64,000 nucleotides of DNA. Source: Deltaproteobacteria bacterium. GTDB taxonomy: Bacteria > Myxococcota > XYA12-FULL-58-9 > JABJBS01. Positions 39,157 to 48,031 of this stretch are shown here, one piece after another (positions within the stretch are counted from its first letter, which is position 1; every line of letters begins with the position of its first letter). The notes below the pieces were generated by a model. It was not told where the DNA came from. It ran no database searches and saw only the letters and a program-made list of their open reading frames with translations. The position numbers and the translations under genes are program-made. The stretch covers positions 1,430-65,429 of the forward strand of contig JABJBS010000308.1 of the NCBI GenBank assembly GCA_018668695.1. The letters run 5' to 3'.

Positions 39157-39912
39157 GTGAGTGACGACGCTACTTTTAATCGATGGTTTGAAAAACTAGT
39201 GGAGCGCCAAGAGCGAAACCTGACCTTTCAGGAGATTCGCAAAGCCCTTCAGGCTCTTTCAAGCGTCTACGTTCAACGTAGAGACAAGCTTAAAAAGGGC
39301 GCCGCTCTGGATACAGCCGGAAAAAGAGCTGCATTTGCAGTATTCTACGGTCCATTGCACTACCTTTTTATGCAGGCAGTTCTCCAAGAGCTAGACAGTA
39401 ACCCAGGCTCGATTAAAAACATTGTGGATCTTGGGTGCGGAACGGGTGTCGGATCTGCCGCCTGGAGCCTTCTCGGAGGCGGCAAGGCCACTGTCGAGGG
39501 CATCGACCTCAATAAATGGGCGACGGACGAATGCCGCATGACTTACCATGCATTCGGGCTCAAAGGGCAAACCCGAACCGGCAATCTCATGGGAGCCAAG
39601 CTACCTGGGGCCGGTGGTGCAGTGGTGGCAGCCTACGCTATCAACGAACTCTCCGATGGGGCCCGTGAGGAAATGCTCACAAAGCTCCTTAAAGCTGGCT
39701 CCAACGGGGCAAAGATCCTCATCGTCGAGCCTATTGCAACGACACCCGTCCCGTGGTGGCAAGGCTGGGCCGAAGCATTTGAAGCCCAGGGCGGTAAAAG
39801 CCAAACCTGGAAAATCCCAGTAGACCTTCCCGATCACCTCAAGCTACTGGACAAAGCCAGCCGAATGAATCATCAAGTGCTCAAAGGTCGCACCCTTTGG
39901 CTTAATCGCTGA
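39157..39912 (+). CDS. Class I SAM-dependent methyltransferase (possibly Rsm22-like)
   Basis: SAM motif I is IVDLGCGTGVGSAAW. I chose GTG 39157 because AGGAG (39146-39150) lies 6 nt upstream. The listed ORF begins at TTG 39109. Confidence 0.65.
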   Translation: MSDDATFNRWFEKLVERQERNLTFQEIRKALQALSSVYVQRRDKLKKGAALDTAGKRAAFAVFYGPLHYLFMQAVLQELDSNPGSIKNIVDLGCGTGVGSAAWSLLGGGKATVEGIDLNKWATDECRMTYHAFGLKGQTRTGNLMGAKLPGAGGAVVAAYAINELSDGAREEMLTKLLKAGSNGAKILIVEPIATTPVPWWQGWAEAFEAQGGKSQTWKIPVDLPDHLKLLDKASRMNHQVLKGRTLWLNR

Positions 39913-39940
39913 TCCGATTTGCCGCACTGGAGAAGCTCCC

Positions 39941-40360
39941 ATGAATAAAATCAAAGAAGACATTCTCGCAGCGAACCACCACTTCTATGAGGTCTTCTGC
40001 TCAAAAGATTTGGATGCCATGAGAGATCTCTGGGCTCCAAACGAAAACATCGCTTGTGTCCACCCCGGCTGGGGCCTCCTTGAGGGCTGGAAAGATGTTA
40101 TGAGCAGCTGGGAAGGTATTTTTGAAAATCCCTCAACCCCAGGTATTCGTCCCGTAGGTGAAACCGTTTTTCAACAAGGCGGTTATGCATTTGTAGTCTG
40201 TGGAGAATCGGTCGAAGGCGCGGAACCAAGCCTTGTTGCAACGAATATATTTGAGGAATCTACTCAGGGTTGGAAACTTGTTCACCACCACGTCAGCCCT
40301 ATTCTTCAAATCACAGAGGATTTTGAAGAAGCTCAGGAACCGACGCAGCAATTACACTGA
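39941..40360 (+). CDS. SnoaL-like / NTF2-fold small protein
   Basis: 139 aa. ANHHFYEVFCSKDLDAMRDLWAPNENIACVHPGWGLLEGW matches the DUF4440/SnoaL-like pattern. This is a fold-level call only. Confidence 0.55.
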   Translation: MNKIKEDILAANHHFYEVFCSKDLDAMRDLWAPNENIACVHPGWGLLEGWKDVMSSWEGIFENPSTPGIRPVGETVFQQGGYAFVVCGESVEGAEPSLVATNIFEESTQGWKLVHHHVSPILQITEDFEEAQEPTQQLH

Positions 40361-40365
40361 ACCGG

Positions 40366-41739
40366 CTAAGGTCGGCGCAGGTGCCAGCCCTTAGGTTGCA
40401 AAAACGCGCGGATACCATCGTGGCCAAGCGTTGACCCAATTCCCGAGTCTTTCCAACCCGTCCAAGGTAAGTTCGAACTTACCCGGTCACAGCAATTCCA
40501 ATACGCACTGCCCGCTTCTAGCTTTGCCATCATTGCCCGCGCACGGTCCTCCGACTGACAAAAGACGCTCGCAGTTAATCCGTACCGGCTATCGTTCATT
40601 GCTGCGAGTGCCGCTTCATCGTCCGCTACTTTCTCAATCCCGATGATTGGACCGAAGCTCTCTTCACGCATCACATCCATCTGCCCATTTACCTCTGTAA
40701 GAACAGTAGGCTGGTAGTAATATCCAGTCCCATCAACTTTCGCTCCGCCGCATCTCAGCGTCGCCCCTTTAGCGAGCGCGTCGTCGACCTGCTTTTGAAT
40801 CACACCACGCTGTGCATCGCGCGTAAGGGGGCCAATAAAAATGCCGTCTTGCATTGGGTCACCCATTTTGAACGAAGCAACCTCTTCCAAAAATGCCTCT
40901 ACAAAAGCGTCGTAAAGTTTTTCGTGAACGTAAACGCGCTCAATCGAACAACAGCTCTGCCCCGTATTGTAGAAGACACCGCTGGCCACATTCTGTGCCG
41001 CTGATTTGGGGTCGACATCATCACACACGTAGGCAGGATCCTTGCCCCCCAGTTCAAGCTGAACCCGCATGAGTTTTTTACTGGCCGCCTGGGCAACTTT
41101 GACGCCCGTCGCATGGGAACCCGTAAAATAAACGCCGCCTAAATCCTGTTCCAGCAATGCCGCGCCAATCTCTCCGCCTCCAATTAAAGTTGGGAAGATC
41201 TCTTCGGGCACGCCGGCATCATAAAGCGCTTGAGCAATTCCAAGCCCCGTAAGCATCGCAAACTCAGAAGGTTTGTACATTACAGCGTTGCCCGTAAGAA
41301 GCGCCGGTAGAAACACATTCGCTCCCACAAAAAACGGATAGTTCCACGCTGAAATATTTCCAATCACGCCAAGCGGCTCATAGGTTAGAAGCTCTCTCAT
41401 GGAACCATTTTGATTCGAGTGAACTTGAACTTCATCAAGAAATGGCGGCACTTGTTTGAGAAAATATTGAACACGCGGCGCAACACCGCCTATTTCCCCT
41501 ATAGCCTGCCCCACTGGCTTTCCCATTTCGGAACTCAGCGTTTTTGCGAGGCCATCTTTGCGCTCTTGTAAGATGACACCAAAACGCTCAATCATCGCCA
41601 TGCGATCCTGCAACGGCCGCTCGGCCCACTGCTTTTGAGCAAGCCTCGCAACTTTGAACTTCTCGGCGACCGATTCGGGCGTATCTGTATCCAACTCGTC
41701 AATCACTGCCTCGGTGGCTGGATTAATGATTCGTAACAT
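40366..41739 (-). CDS. NAD(P)+-dependent aldehyde dehydrogenase (PuuC-position enzyme of the gamma-glutamyl operon)
   Basis: FTGSHATG, ELGGKDP and the catalytic Cys context NTGQSCCSIERVYV, plus EESFGP. Confidence 0.85.
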   Translation of the reverse strand: MLRIINPATEAVIDELDTDTPESVAEKFKVARLAQKQWAERPLQDRMAMIERFGVILQERKDGLAKTLSSEMGKPVGQAIGEIGGVAPRVQYFLKQVPPFLDEVQVHSNQNGSMRELLTYEPLGVIGNISAWNYPFFVGANVFLPALLTGNAVMYKPSEFAMLTGLGIAQALYDAGVPEEIFPTLIGGGEIGAALLEQDLGGVYFTGSHATGVKVAQAASKKLMRVQLELGGKDPAYVCDDVDPKSAAQNVASGVFYNTGQSCCSIERVYVHEKLYDAFVEAFLEEVASFKMGDPMQDGIFIGPLTRDAQRGVIQKQVDDALAKGATLRCGGAKVDGTGYYYQPTVLTEVNGQMDVMREESFGPIIGIEKVADDEAALAAMNDSRYGLTASVFCQSEDRARAMMAKLEAGSAYWNCCDRVSSNLPWTGWKDSGIGSTLGHDGIRAFLQPKGWHLRRP

Positions 41740-41753
41740 CTTTGTATTTCCTT

Positions 41754-42530
41754 TTAGCTTGTCTTTAACTTTTGTCGGGTGGCGTCGAGAAAGTGTTGCA
41801 TCAAAAGATCCGGGCTGAGTAATTCACTCGAACCCGCCTCGATAAATTCAGGGTGCCACTGAACCCCAAGCACATAGGAACCTGCGTTCTCCTTAGAACA
41901 AACAGCCTCTACAATACCATCCAACGGGCTATGAGCCTCTGGGCGAAGACTTGGAGCAATGTCCTTAATCGCCTGATGATGAATGCTGTTGATACGTCCG
42001 GGATGCGATCCACCATAAATCGTTTCTAAGGTCGAGTTCTTCTCGATTTTCACTTCATGATGATTGTGCTCGTAAACATCCCAATTGCGATGGACCAAAG
42101 CTCCGGGAACCTGAGTTGCAATGTCTTGATAAAGAGTACCGCCCAAAGCAACGTTTATCACTTGAGCGCCGCGGCAAACTCCCAAAATAGGAATATCCGC
42201 TGCAACGCACTCTTTTACCAACTCGATCTCATAGGCGTCACGAATCGGGTCACCGGGCCATTTCTCATCGATGGGTTCTTCACCGTAACTCTGCGGCGCA
42301 ACATCGGAACCACCGTGTAACAAAAGACCATCAAAATAAGAGAGGATTTCTTTAACGCCCAAGGAGCCATGAGCACGGGGAATCATAAGCGGCATTGCAC
42401 CGAGGCGCATCACCCATTGGTTCATCGACTCTTCAACGTAGACCAGGGTCTTGCCTTTAAAAAGTGGACGCTCAGGATCCGCATGATTAAAGCATGCAGA
42501 TATGCCTATTCTCAGACGACGCTCAGTCAT
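41754..42530 (-). CDS. Gamma-glutamyl amide hydrolase (class I glutamine amidotransferase / peptidase C26, PuuD-like)
   Basis: Start at ATG 42530 (MTERRLRIGIS...), overlapping the upstream TAA by 1 nt (TAATG). The nucleophile context is PILGVCRGAQVINVALGG. HHQAI and GVQWHPE are also present. Confidence 0.8.
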   Translation of the reverse strand: MTERRLRIGISACFNHADPERPLFKGKTLVYVEESMNQWVMRLGAMPLMIPRAHGSLGVKEILSYFDGLLLHGGSDVAPQSYGEEPIDEKWPGDPIRDAYEIELVKECVAADIPILGVCRGAQVINVALGGTLYQDIATQVPGALVHRNWDVYEHNHHEVKIEKNSTLETIYGGSHPGRINSIHHQAIKDIAPSLRPEAHSPLDGIVEAVCSKENAGSYVLGVQWHPEFIEAGSSELLSPDLLMQHFLDATRQKLKTS

Positions 42531-43732
42531 TACTCTAAAGCCAAGATGAACATATTTCGAAAATCGTCTTCCGTTACCGGACACGGATTAAGCTGATGAC
42601 ACGGGTCCTTCATGGCCACTGCCACAAGCTTTTCCACCATATCTTCAGTCACACCCAAATCACACAGCCCCTCAGGCATGCCGAGATCACCTTTTAGATG
42701 ACGAAGCCATACAGCAAATTGTCCGTCGGGAATCCCGGCAATCATTTCAATCTTGCGAAACTTTTCAGGAACTGCACGCTCGTTAAAGTCCATGCAAAAC
42801 GGAAGCATCATCGCGTTGGCAAGCCCGTGGTGCATATCGCAAACCGTGGAGAGCGCATGCGCACATGAATGGTTCACGCCCAGGCCTTTTTGAAAGGCAA
42901 CAGCTCCCATGAGAGCGGCCAAAAGCATTTGGCTTCGTGCCTTAGCGTGGGCCTCAAGCCCCATCTCGCCTTCTATATCGAGTTCATCCTCATCAAGCAT
43001 CGCGAAATCAACGCATTGCTTGAGGCTATCGTGAACCATCTGGATGCCTTCAAGAGCGATCCCGTCACACATAGGGTGATAACCCTTGGCCAAGTAAGCC
43101 TCCAGCAAGTGGGTCAGTGCATCCATCCCAGTAGCTGCCGTGATTTTAGCTGGTAAACCAAGGGTAAGTTCAGGATCTGCAAACACCTTGGACGGCATGA
43201 GACGCGGTGAAAAAATAATGCGTTTAACGCCAGTACCATCTTCACTGATCACACTGCTGCGTCCAACCTCAGAACCGGTGCCTGCTGTTGTGGGTACCGC
43301 CACAAGAAGTGGGATATGCTGATCAACGGGCGGAGCATCCGCGTTGCCATCTTCATAGTCGTAAAGATCTCCTGGATGGTGAGCCATCAGAGCAACAACT
43401 TTGGCCACATCGATCGGAGCACCGCCGCCAACAGCAATCACTGAATCACAGCCACCGGCCTTGTATGCCTCGACTCCCTTGATCACGTGAGTCTTTACCG
43501 GGTTACCGCCCATATCGGAGAAGATTTGCGGCTCTAAGCCGTCACCCTCAAGCAGAACCTTAAGGTCGTGCAGCATCGGTAATGGTGCAATCCCTTGATC
43601 TGTAACAATTAGGGGCCGCTTCATCCCGTTCTCTTTGAGGTAAGGCCCAATTTCTCGCCTTACTCCAAGCCCAAAGAGAATAGGCGTTGGAAAATTAAAT
43701 GTAACGGAATCCGGAAGGTCGAGCATGCTCAT
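42530..43732 (-). CDS. Iron-containing (group III) alcohol dehydrogenase
   Basis: GGGAPIDVAKV, VAVPTTAGTGSEV and the His cluster HSCAHALSTVCDMHHG are typical of Fe-ADH. Confidence 0.85.
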   Translation of the reverse strand: MSMLDLPDSVTFNFPTPILFGLGVRREIGPYLKENGMKRPLIVTDQGIAPLPMLHDLKVLLEGDGLEPQIFSDMGGNPVKTHVIKGVEAYKAGGCDSVIAVGGGAPIDVAKVVALMAHHPGDLYDYEDGNADAPPVDQHIPLLVAVPTTAGTGSEVGRSSVISEDGTGVKRIIFSPRLMPSKVFADPELTLGLPAKITAATGMDALTHLLEAYLAKGYHPMCDGIALEGIQMVHDSLKQCVDFAMLDEDELDIEGEMGLEAHAKARSQMLLAALMGAVAFQKGLGVNHSCAHALSTVCDMHHGLANAMMLPFCMDFNERAVPEKFRKIEMIAGIPDGQFAVWLRHLKGDLGMPEGLCDLGVTEDMVEKLVAVAMKDPCHQLNPCPVTEDDFRNMFILALE

Positions 43733-43743
43733 GGTGTGCCTCT

Positions 43744-45117
43744 TTAAATGATTTCGAAATAACGCTTAGTTTCCCAATCCGTGACGGCAGTTTGAAATTG
43801 ACGCCATTCCCAGATTCGAGATTGTGTGTAATGCGCTACAAACTTTTCGCCAAAAACCTCATTCGCAAGCTCGGACTGAGCCATCTGCTGTGCCGCATCG
43901 TAAAGATTACCAGGAAGCCTTACAGCATCCTTTACTTCATAGGCATTTCCAGAAACAGGCTCGCTCTCAATGTCTAAACCCTTCTCAATTCCCATCAGCC
44001 CGCTTCCAATGGCTGCTGCTAAAGCGAGATACGGGTTCACATCGGCACCAGGAACTCTTGTTTCAAGCCTCGTGGACTTAGAGCTTCCGGGTAACACGCG
44101 AAAAGAAGAAGTGCGGTTGTCGGAACCCCATGTGACCATTGTGGGTGCCCACATTCCTTCAACGAGTCGTTTGTAGCTGTTGATGGTGGGTGCAAAGCAC
44201 GGCAAAATATCTGGAGCCATTTTCATCTGACCCGCAAGGTAGTTGCGGAAAATCTTCGACATGCGCCGGTCCGCCCCTTCTTCGTAGAAAACGTTGGTCT
44301 TGTGCTCAAGGTCCCACAAGCTTTGATGAACGTGCCCGCTGCAACCAGGTAGGTCGGGGCTAATTTTCGCCATAAAGGTTGGGATAATACCGAACTCGCC
44401 AGCGATTTCTTTGGTAGCTGCCTTAAACAAAACTGCCCGATCCGCTGCCTCCAGCGCATCGGAATACATAATCGCAGCTTCAAATACACCAGGCCCCGTC
44501 TCGGTATGAAGACCTTCAACCGGCACGTCAAAGGCTAAGAGTTCGTCCATGAGCGCTGAAAAATAATCTGAGTTTTGCGAAGCACGCAGAAGAGAATAAC
44601 CAAACATCCCTGGGGTCAAAGGTTTTAAATTGCGAAAACCTTTTTCATGAGCCGACTCGGGAGTTTCTTTGAAGTTAAAAAACTCAAACTCCAGAGAGCA
44701 CATGGGTGAATAACCCATACCCTCGGCTTTTTTGAGGACGCGCTTTAATACCTGACGAGGGCAAACCTCGAGCCCATTGCCTTCGGCATCTTCAAAGTCA
44801 GCTAGAAAAAATGGCACATGGTCATCCCACGGAACCGTTCGATAAGTATTGAGATCGATGCGAGCTTCGGCATCTGGGTATCCCGTATGCCATCCGGTAT
44901 AACTCACGTTATCGTAACAGACATCGGCACAGTCCCAGCCGAAGACGACATTGCAAAATCCGAATCCACCTTCCACTGCCGAGAGAAATTTATCCGTATG
45001 GATATACTTCCCTCGCATCACACCATCGATGTCTGTAATCGCCAGCTTGACCTTTTTTGAACCTGAATTCCGAACCCGTTCAATGATATCTTTGGGGTCC
45101 AACTTCTCTTTTGTCAT
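43744..45117 (-). CDS. Glutamine synthetase-like gamma-glutamyl-amine ligase (PuuA/GlnA3-4-like)
   Basis: The GS catalytic-domain motifs are in order: LEFEFFNF, HTETGPGVFE, GCSGHVHQSLW, NSYKRL, SDNRTSSFRV and RLETRVPGADVNPYL. Confidence 0.8.
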   Translation of the reverse strand: MTKEKLDPKDIIERVRNSGSKKVKLAITDIDGVMRGKYIHTDKFLSAVEGGFGFCNVVFGWDCADVCYDNVSYTGWHTGYPDAEARIDLNTYRTVPWDDHVPFFLADFEDAEGNGLEVCPRQVLKRVLKKAEGMGYSPMCSLEFEFFNFKETPESAHEKGFRNLKPLTPGMFGYSLLRASQNSDYFSALMDELLAFDVPVEGLHTETGPGVFEAAIMYSDALEAADRAVLFKAATKEIAGEFGIIPTFMAKISPDLPGCSGHVHQSLWDLEHKTNVFYEEGADRRMSKIFRNYLAGQMKMAPDILPCFAPTINSYKRLVEGMWAPTMVTWGSDNRTSSFRVLPGSSKSTRLETRVPGADVNPYLALAAAIGSGLMGIEKGLDIESEPVSGNAYEVKDAVRLPGNLYDAAQQMAQSELANEVFGEKFVAHYTQSRIWEWRQFQTAVTDWETKRYFEII

Positions 45118-45291
45118 GGATGAGGGCTTTCCGCTTAATTAGCTATCGAGTCGGTGTTCCGGGCGCCACTCACCCGGGTTACCACGCGGCACCAAAATTA
45201 TCACGGCCCCATGGTTGCTTCAATCAGAGCGGGAAGGTCATCTAAATTGTGTAATAAAATAAGCGAGATAGCTCACAAGAAACATGCAGTT

Positions 45292-46224
45292 TTATGAACG
45301 GCTCTTACGCTGAGCCCCAAGTCCCTTAAGAAACTTGGCTGCCACAGAAATTCCCTTGGCATCATGTTGTTTCCAAATCAGCTCGTAGGCACGGTCCATC
45401 ACCGGGCTTTGTGTATTGCTTTTCCCGTCAACAGCATACCTTCGAAAGAGCAGTGTGAAAGTCTCCTCCGAGAATTCCCAATCTTCGTCCGTATCTTTTA
45501 AAGTTGGGATATCTATATCCTCAAGTTCGTCGTTGAGCATCCGGACCATCCATTCCCTACGGCGCTCAAACTTCTCAAAACGCATCACAAGCTTTGAGAG
45601 CAAATAGGCCAGTATCTTTTTAGCCCGCGGATCTGACTCTACTCGAGATTTCAATTCCATAGCGCTAAGATTTGCCTGCTCTAACTCCGCAACCAAGGGC
45701 TCTGATTTACTCCGACATTTCTCAATGGTTTCCTCTCCGCAAAGCATCATCATGACAGCTTGCCAAGCTGGAACCATTGTCCATGGCAGAGTCTCGGCGA
45801 CCAGCTCCGAATCATGACTCATTAAATCGGCGAATGGGGCGACCAAAATCCACGCAAAGCCCGAAAGCTCTAGCCCCCGGCTTTTGTTCTCTTGTGCCGC
45901 GGGGGAAGACGCAGGACTTGGAACCGGTGCCTTGGCCTCGACTCGGAGCTTTTCAACAATGTTTTGAATGTCGCCCTTTGAATTTTGAATAGAGCGCGTT
46001 TGAACTTCTTGATAGGTCTCAGCGGGCCCTATCCCGTGCTCTTGAATCTCAGCTTCGGCCCAAAGTTTTCGAATCACTGAAGCTATTTCGTTCGGGCCAA
46101 GAGGTACACCACCTCGGCGCACTTGAGCGAGCATCGCTGTTTGGACAATTTCAAGGACATCATGAACTGACTTAACGGTTTCAACTGCACCGCCTTCCAG
46201 TTGCTTACGCTTACGACTCGCCAT
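45292..46224 (-). CDS. Hypothetical protein
   Basis: 310-aa ORF with coding-like composition and no family motif I recognise. It lies 100 nt downstream of the lipoprotein gene on the same strand. Confidence 0.5.
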   Translation of the reverse strand: MASRKRKQLEGGAVETVKSVHDVLEIVQTAMLAQVRRGGVPLGPNEIASVIRKLWAEAEIQEHGIGPAETYQEVQTRSIQNSKGDIQNIVEKLRVEAKAPVPSPASSPAAQENKSRGLELSGFAWILVAPFADLMSHDSELVAETLPWTMVPAWQAVMMMLCGEETIEKCRSKSEPLVAELEQANLSAMELKSRVESDPRAKKILAYLLSKLVMRFEKFERRREWMVRMLNDELEDIDIPTLKDTDEDWEFSEETFTLLFRRYAVDGKSNTQSPVMDRAYELIWKQHDAKGISVAAKFLKGLGAQRKSRS

Positions 46225-46324
46225 CCTCAGATTCCTAAAGGTTAAGACCGAAGCTACATCATAACCAATGCGGCCGTGTCGTCCAAATCCAATAGGGTTG
46301 CCAGTGGACTGGCTAATGAATCAA

Positions 46325-47116
46325 TCAAGGAACCTCGACCAGGTAAGAGGTGCTCCAAGAACCATCATCTCGCTCATGAACCAGCCATAGAGTTTCTTCA
46401 GGATACGCCCTGATAGAGCCATACCAAACCAACCCATCTTCGCTTTCAAGTGGTTCTATAATATCTAAAGCGAGGTTTAAGATAATTAACCGACCGTTAC
46501 CAAGAGGCTCATCAAGAGTGACTTGTATTAAGACAAACTCACAATCTTCTTCTTCAGCCGGGTCAAAGTCTTCATCGAAGGTATTATGGGACCAATCGCC
46601 CTGCTCATCTTGCTCATCTTCCCATTCACCCGGATCATTCTCCTCAACAAAAGGCTCACACTCATCAAAGTAGTCCATGGCATAAACGAGCTGCACCCCA
46701 TTATCCTCGGTAGACGGAAACTCTTGAATATCTTCGGTAGCAAGCGTGATGGATTCCTGGGAATCAACGCCAACCGGTGTAAGAGAGAGAGTATCAGCCT
46801 TAAGCGCCATCAACTTAAGTTCGAAACTACCGCCCTCTTGAACTGTTGCAGTTTGGGACTCACCGCTTCGAATGTTCGTCGCTTTTACTTCCGCAATGTT
46901 CGTAGCCGCGCCGGGCATACCCACAATGCGAATTTCAACAGGTGTTGTAGTATTGAGAGGCTCTGTGGACGTTGTATGAATCAAAGATTCCGTTAGGTAT
47001 CCCGTGACCTCAATACTCGTTGAATCGGTTCCGGTTAAGGGCGAGTCTTTGCCGCATCCAGCCAGCACCATGTTCAGCACCAAGAAAAGTCCAAGTGCTT
47101 GTGTTAATATTCTCAT
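46325..47116 (-). CDS. Hypothetical lipoprotein with an acidic C-terminal half
   Basis: Signal peptide plus lipobox LNMVLAGC, then a beta-rich N-terminal half and an Asp/Glu-rich segment (EDEQDEQGDWSHNTFDEDFDPAEEED). Its ATG overlaps the upstream TGA (ATGA at 47113-47116). Confidence 0.6.
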   Translation of the reverse strand: MRILTQALGLFLVLNMVLAGCGKDSPLTGTDSTSIEVTGYLTESLIHTTSTEPLNTTTPVEIRIVGMPGAATNIAEVKATNIRSGESQTATVQEGGSFELKLMALKADTLSLTPVGVDSQESITLATEDIQEFPSTEDNGVQLVYAMDYFDECEPFVEENDPGEWEDEQDEQGDWSHNTFDEDFDPAEEEDCEFVLIQVTLDEPLGNGRLIILNLALDIIEPLESEDGLVWYGSIRAYPEETLWLVHERDDGSWSTSYLVEVP

Positions 47117-47874
47117 GACTTATCCTCCAAGGATGCTGCAGCAAAAGTAATCGCTCGCCTGCCCGTTTCACCGGTTTGCGATGCAGCTTCGTCCACTTCA
47201 ATGGCTCGATCACGGATATACGCGGCGACCTTATTCATCATGGCTTCAAACTCAGCCTTATCTCCGGCAAATACGTAAGATCTGGCCATCGATGGCTTGG
47301 TGGAATCAATTTCCAAAAACCGCTGCCACACCGCTTCTGCCACGATATCCATTTGACGGTTGAGACCGTCGACTCGGGCAACAATATCGCTCTCACTGAA
47401 AAAATCGTGATCTTCCGGGTTGCGGCGCAACAGCTCGCCATCACGCAGTACACGGCGTTCTCGAACCAGATCATCAATGGCCGCAGCCAATTCAACTGGC
47501 TTGTGGCCACTGAATTCCCCCAGTAATTCCAGCTCTGTCCGAGGACCAGATGCGACAACCCCTGCTAATTTTCGCCTGAGTTCAAGCTCTTGCTCCGGAG
47601 CGAAAAAATCACCTCGGTAACGATTATGAAGACTGCTTACAGTACGCAAACTTTTGCCAAATAGGTCAGCGACCTCACCTAGCCCCAAACCCCTCTCACT
47701 GCGGGCTTCGTGAAAATAGGCCATCTGAAAAAGGCGCAGCATAGGCTCCAAAGGCACGGATAAACGCATACCTATGCGTGCCACCGCCCTAAACAACGAG
47801 TAAATCACCCGGTGCTTATAATTGAGAAAACCGTTCTTTCCGTCATCTGGCATATGGACACCATCACATGACAC
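47113..47874 (-). CDS. Hypothetical putative DNA-binding protein (HTH plus winged-helix-like segments)
   Basis: The HTH-like stretch is LGLGEVADLFGKSLRTVSSLHNRY. The second, wHTH-like stretch is RTELELLGEFSGHKPVELAAAIDDLVRERRVL. I recognise no named family. An alternative start is ATG 47853. Confidence 0.5.
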   Translation of the reverse strand: MSCDGVHMPDDGKNGFLNYKHRVIYSLFRAVARIGMRLSVPLEPMLRLFQMAYFHEARSERGLGLGEVADLFGKSLRTVSSLHNRYRGDFFAPEQELELRRKLAGVVASGPRTELELLGEFSGHKPVELAAAIDDLVRERRVLRDGELLRRNPEDHDFFSESDIVARVDGLNRQMDIVAEAVWQRFLEIDSTKPSMARSYVFAGDKAEFEAMMNKVAAYIRDRAIEVDEAASQTGETGRRAITFAAASLEDKS

Positions 47875-48031
47875 GCAAAAATCTGCAAGTTCAAAAACAT
47901 CAACATTAAGTTAGCAAATTTAACATCTTGAATAGTTCGATCATCGGAAAGCACTTTTTATATTGACAGATTTAGACCCAGGTGACAAAAATACGCAATA
48001 ACTTGCGTATTGCCGACATAATGGAGACAAC

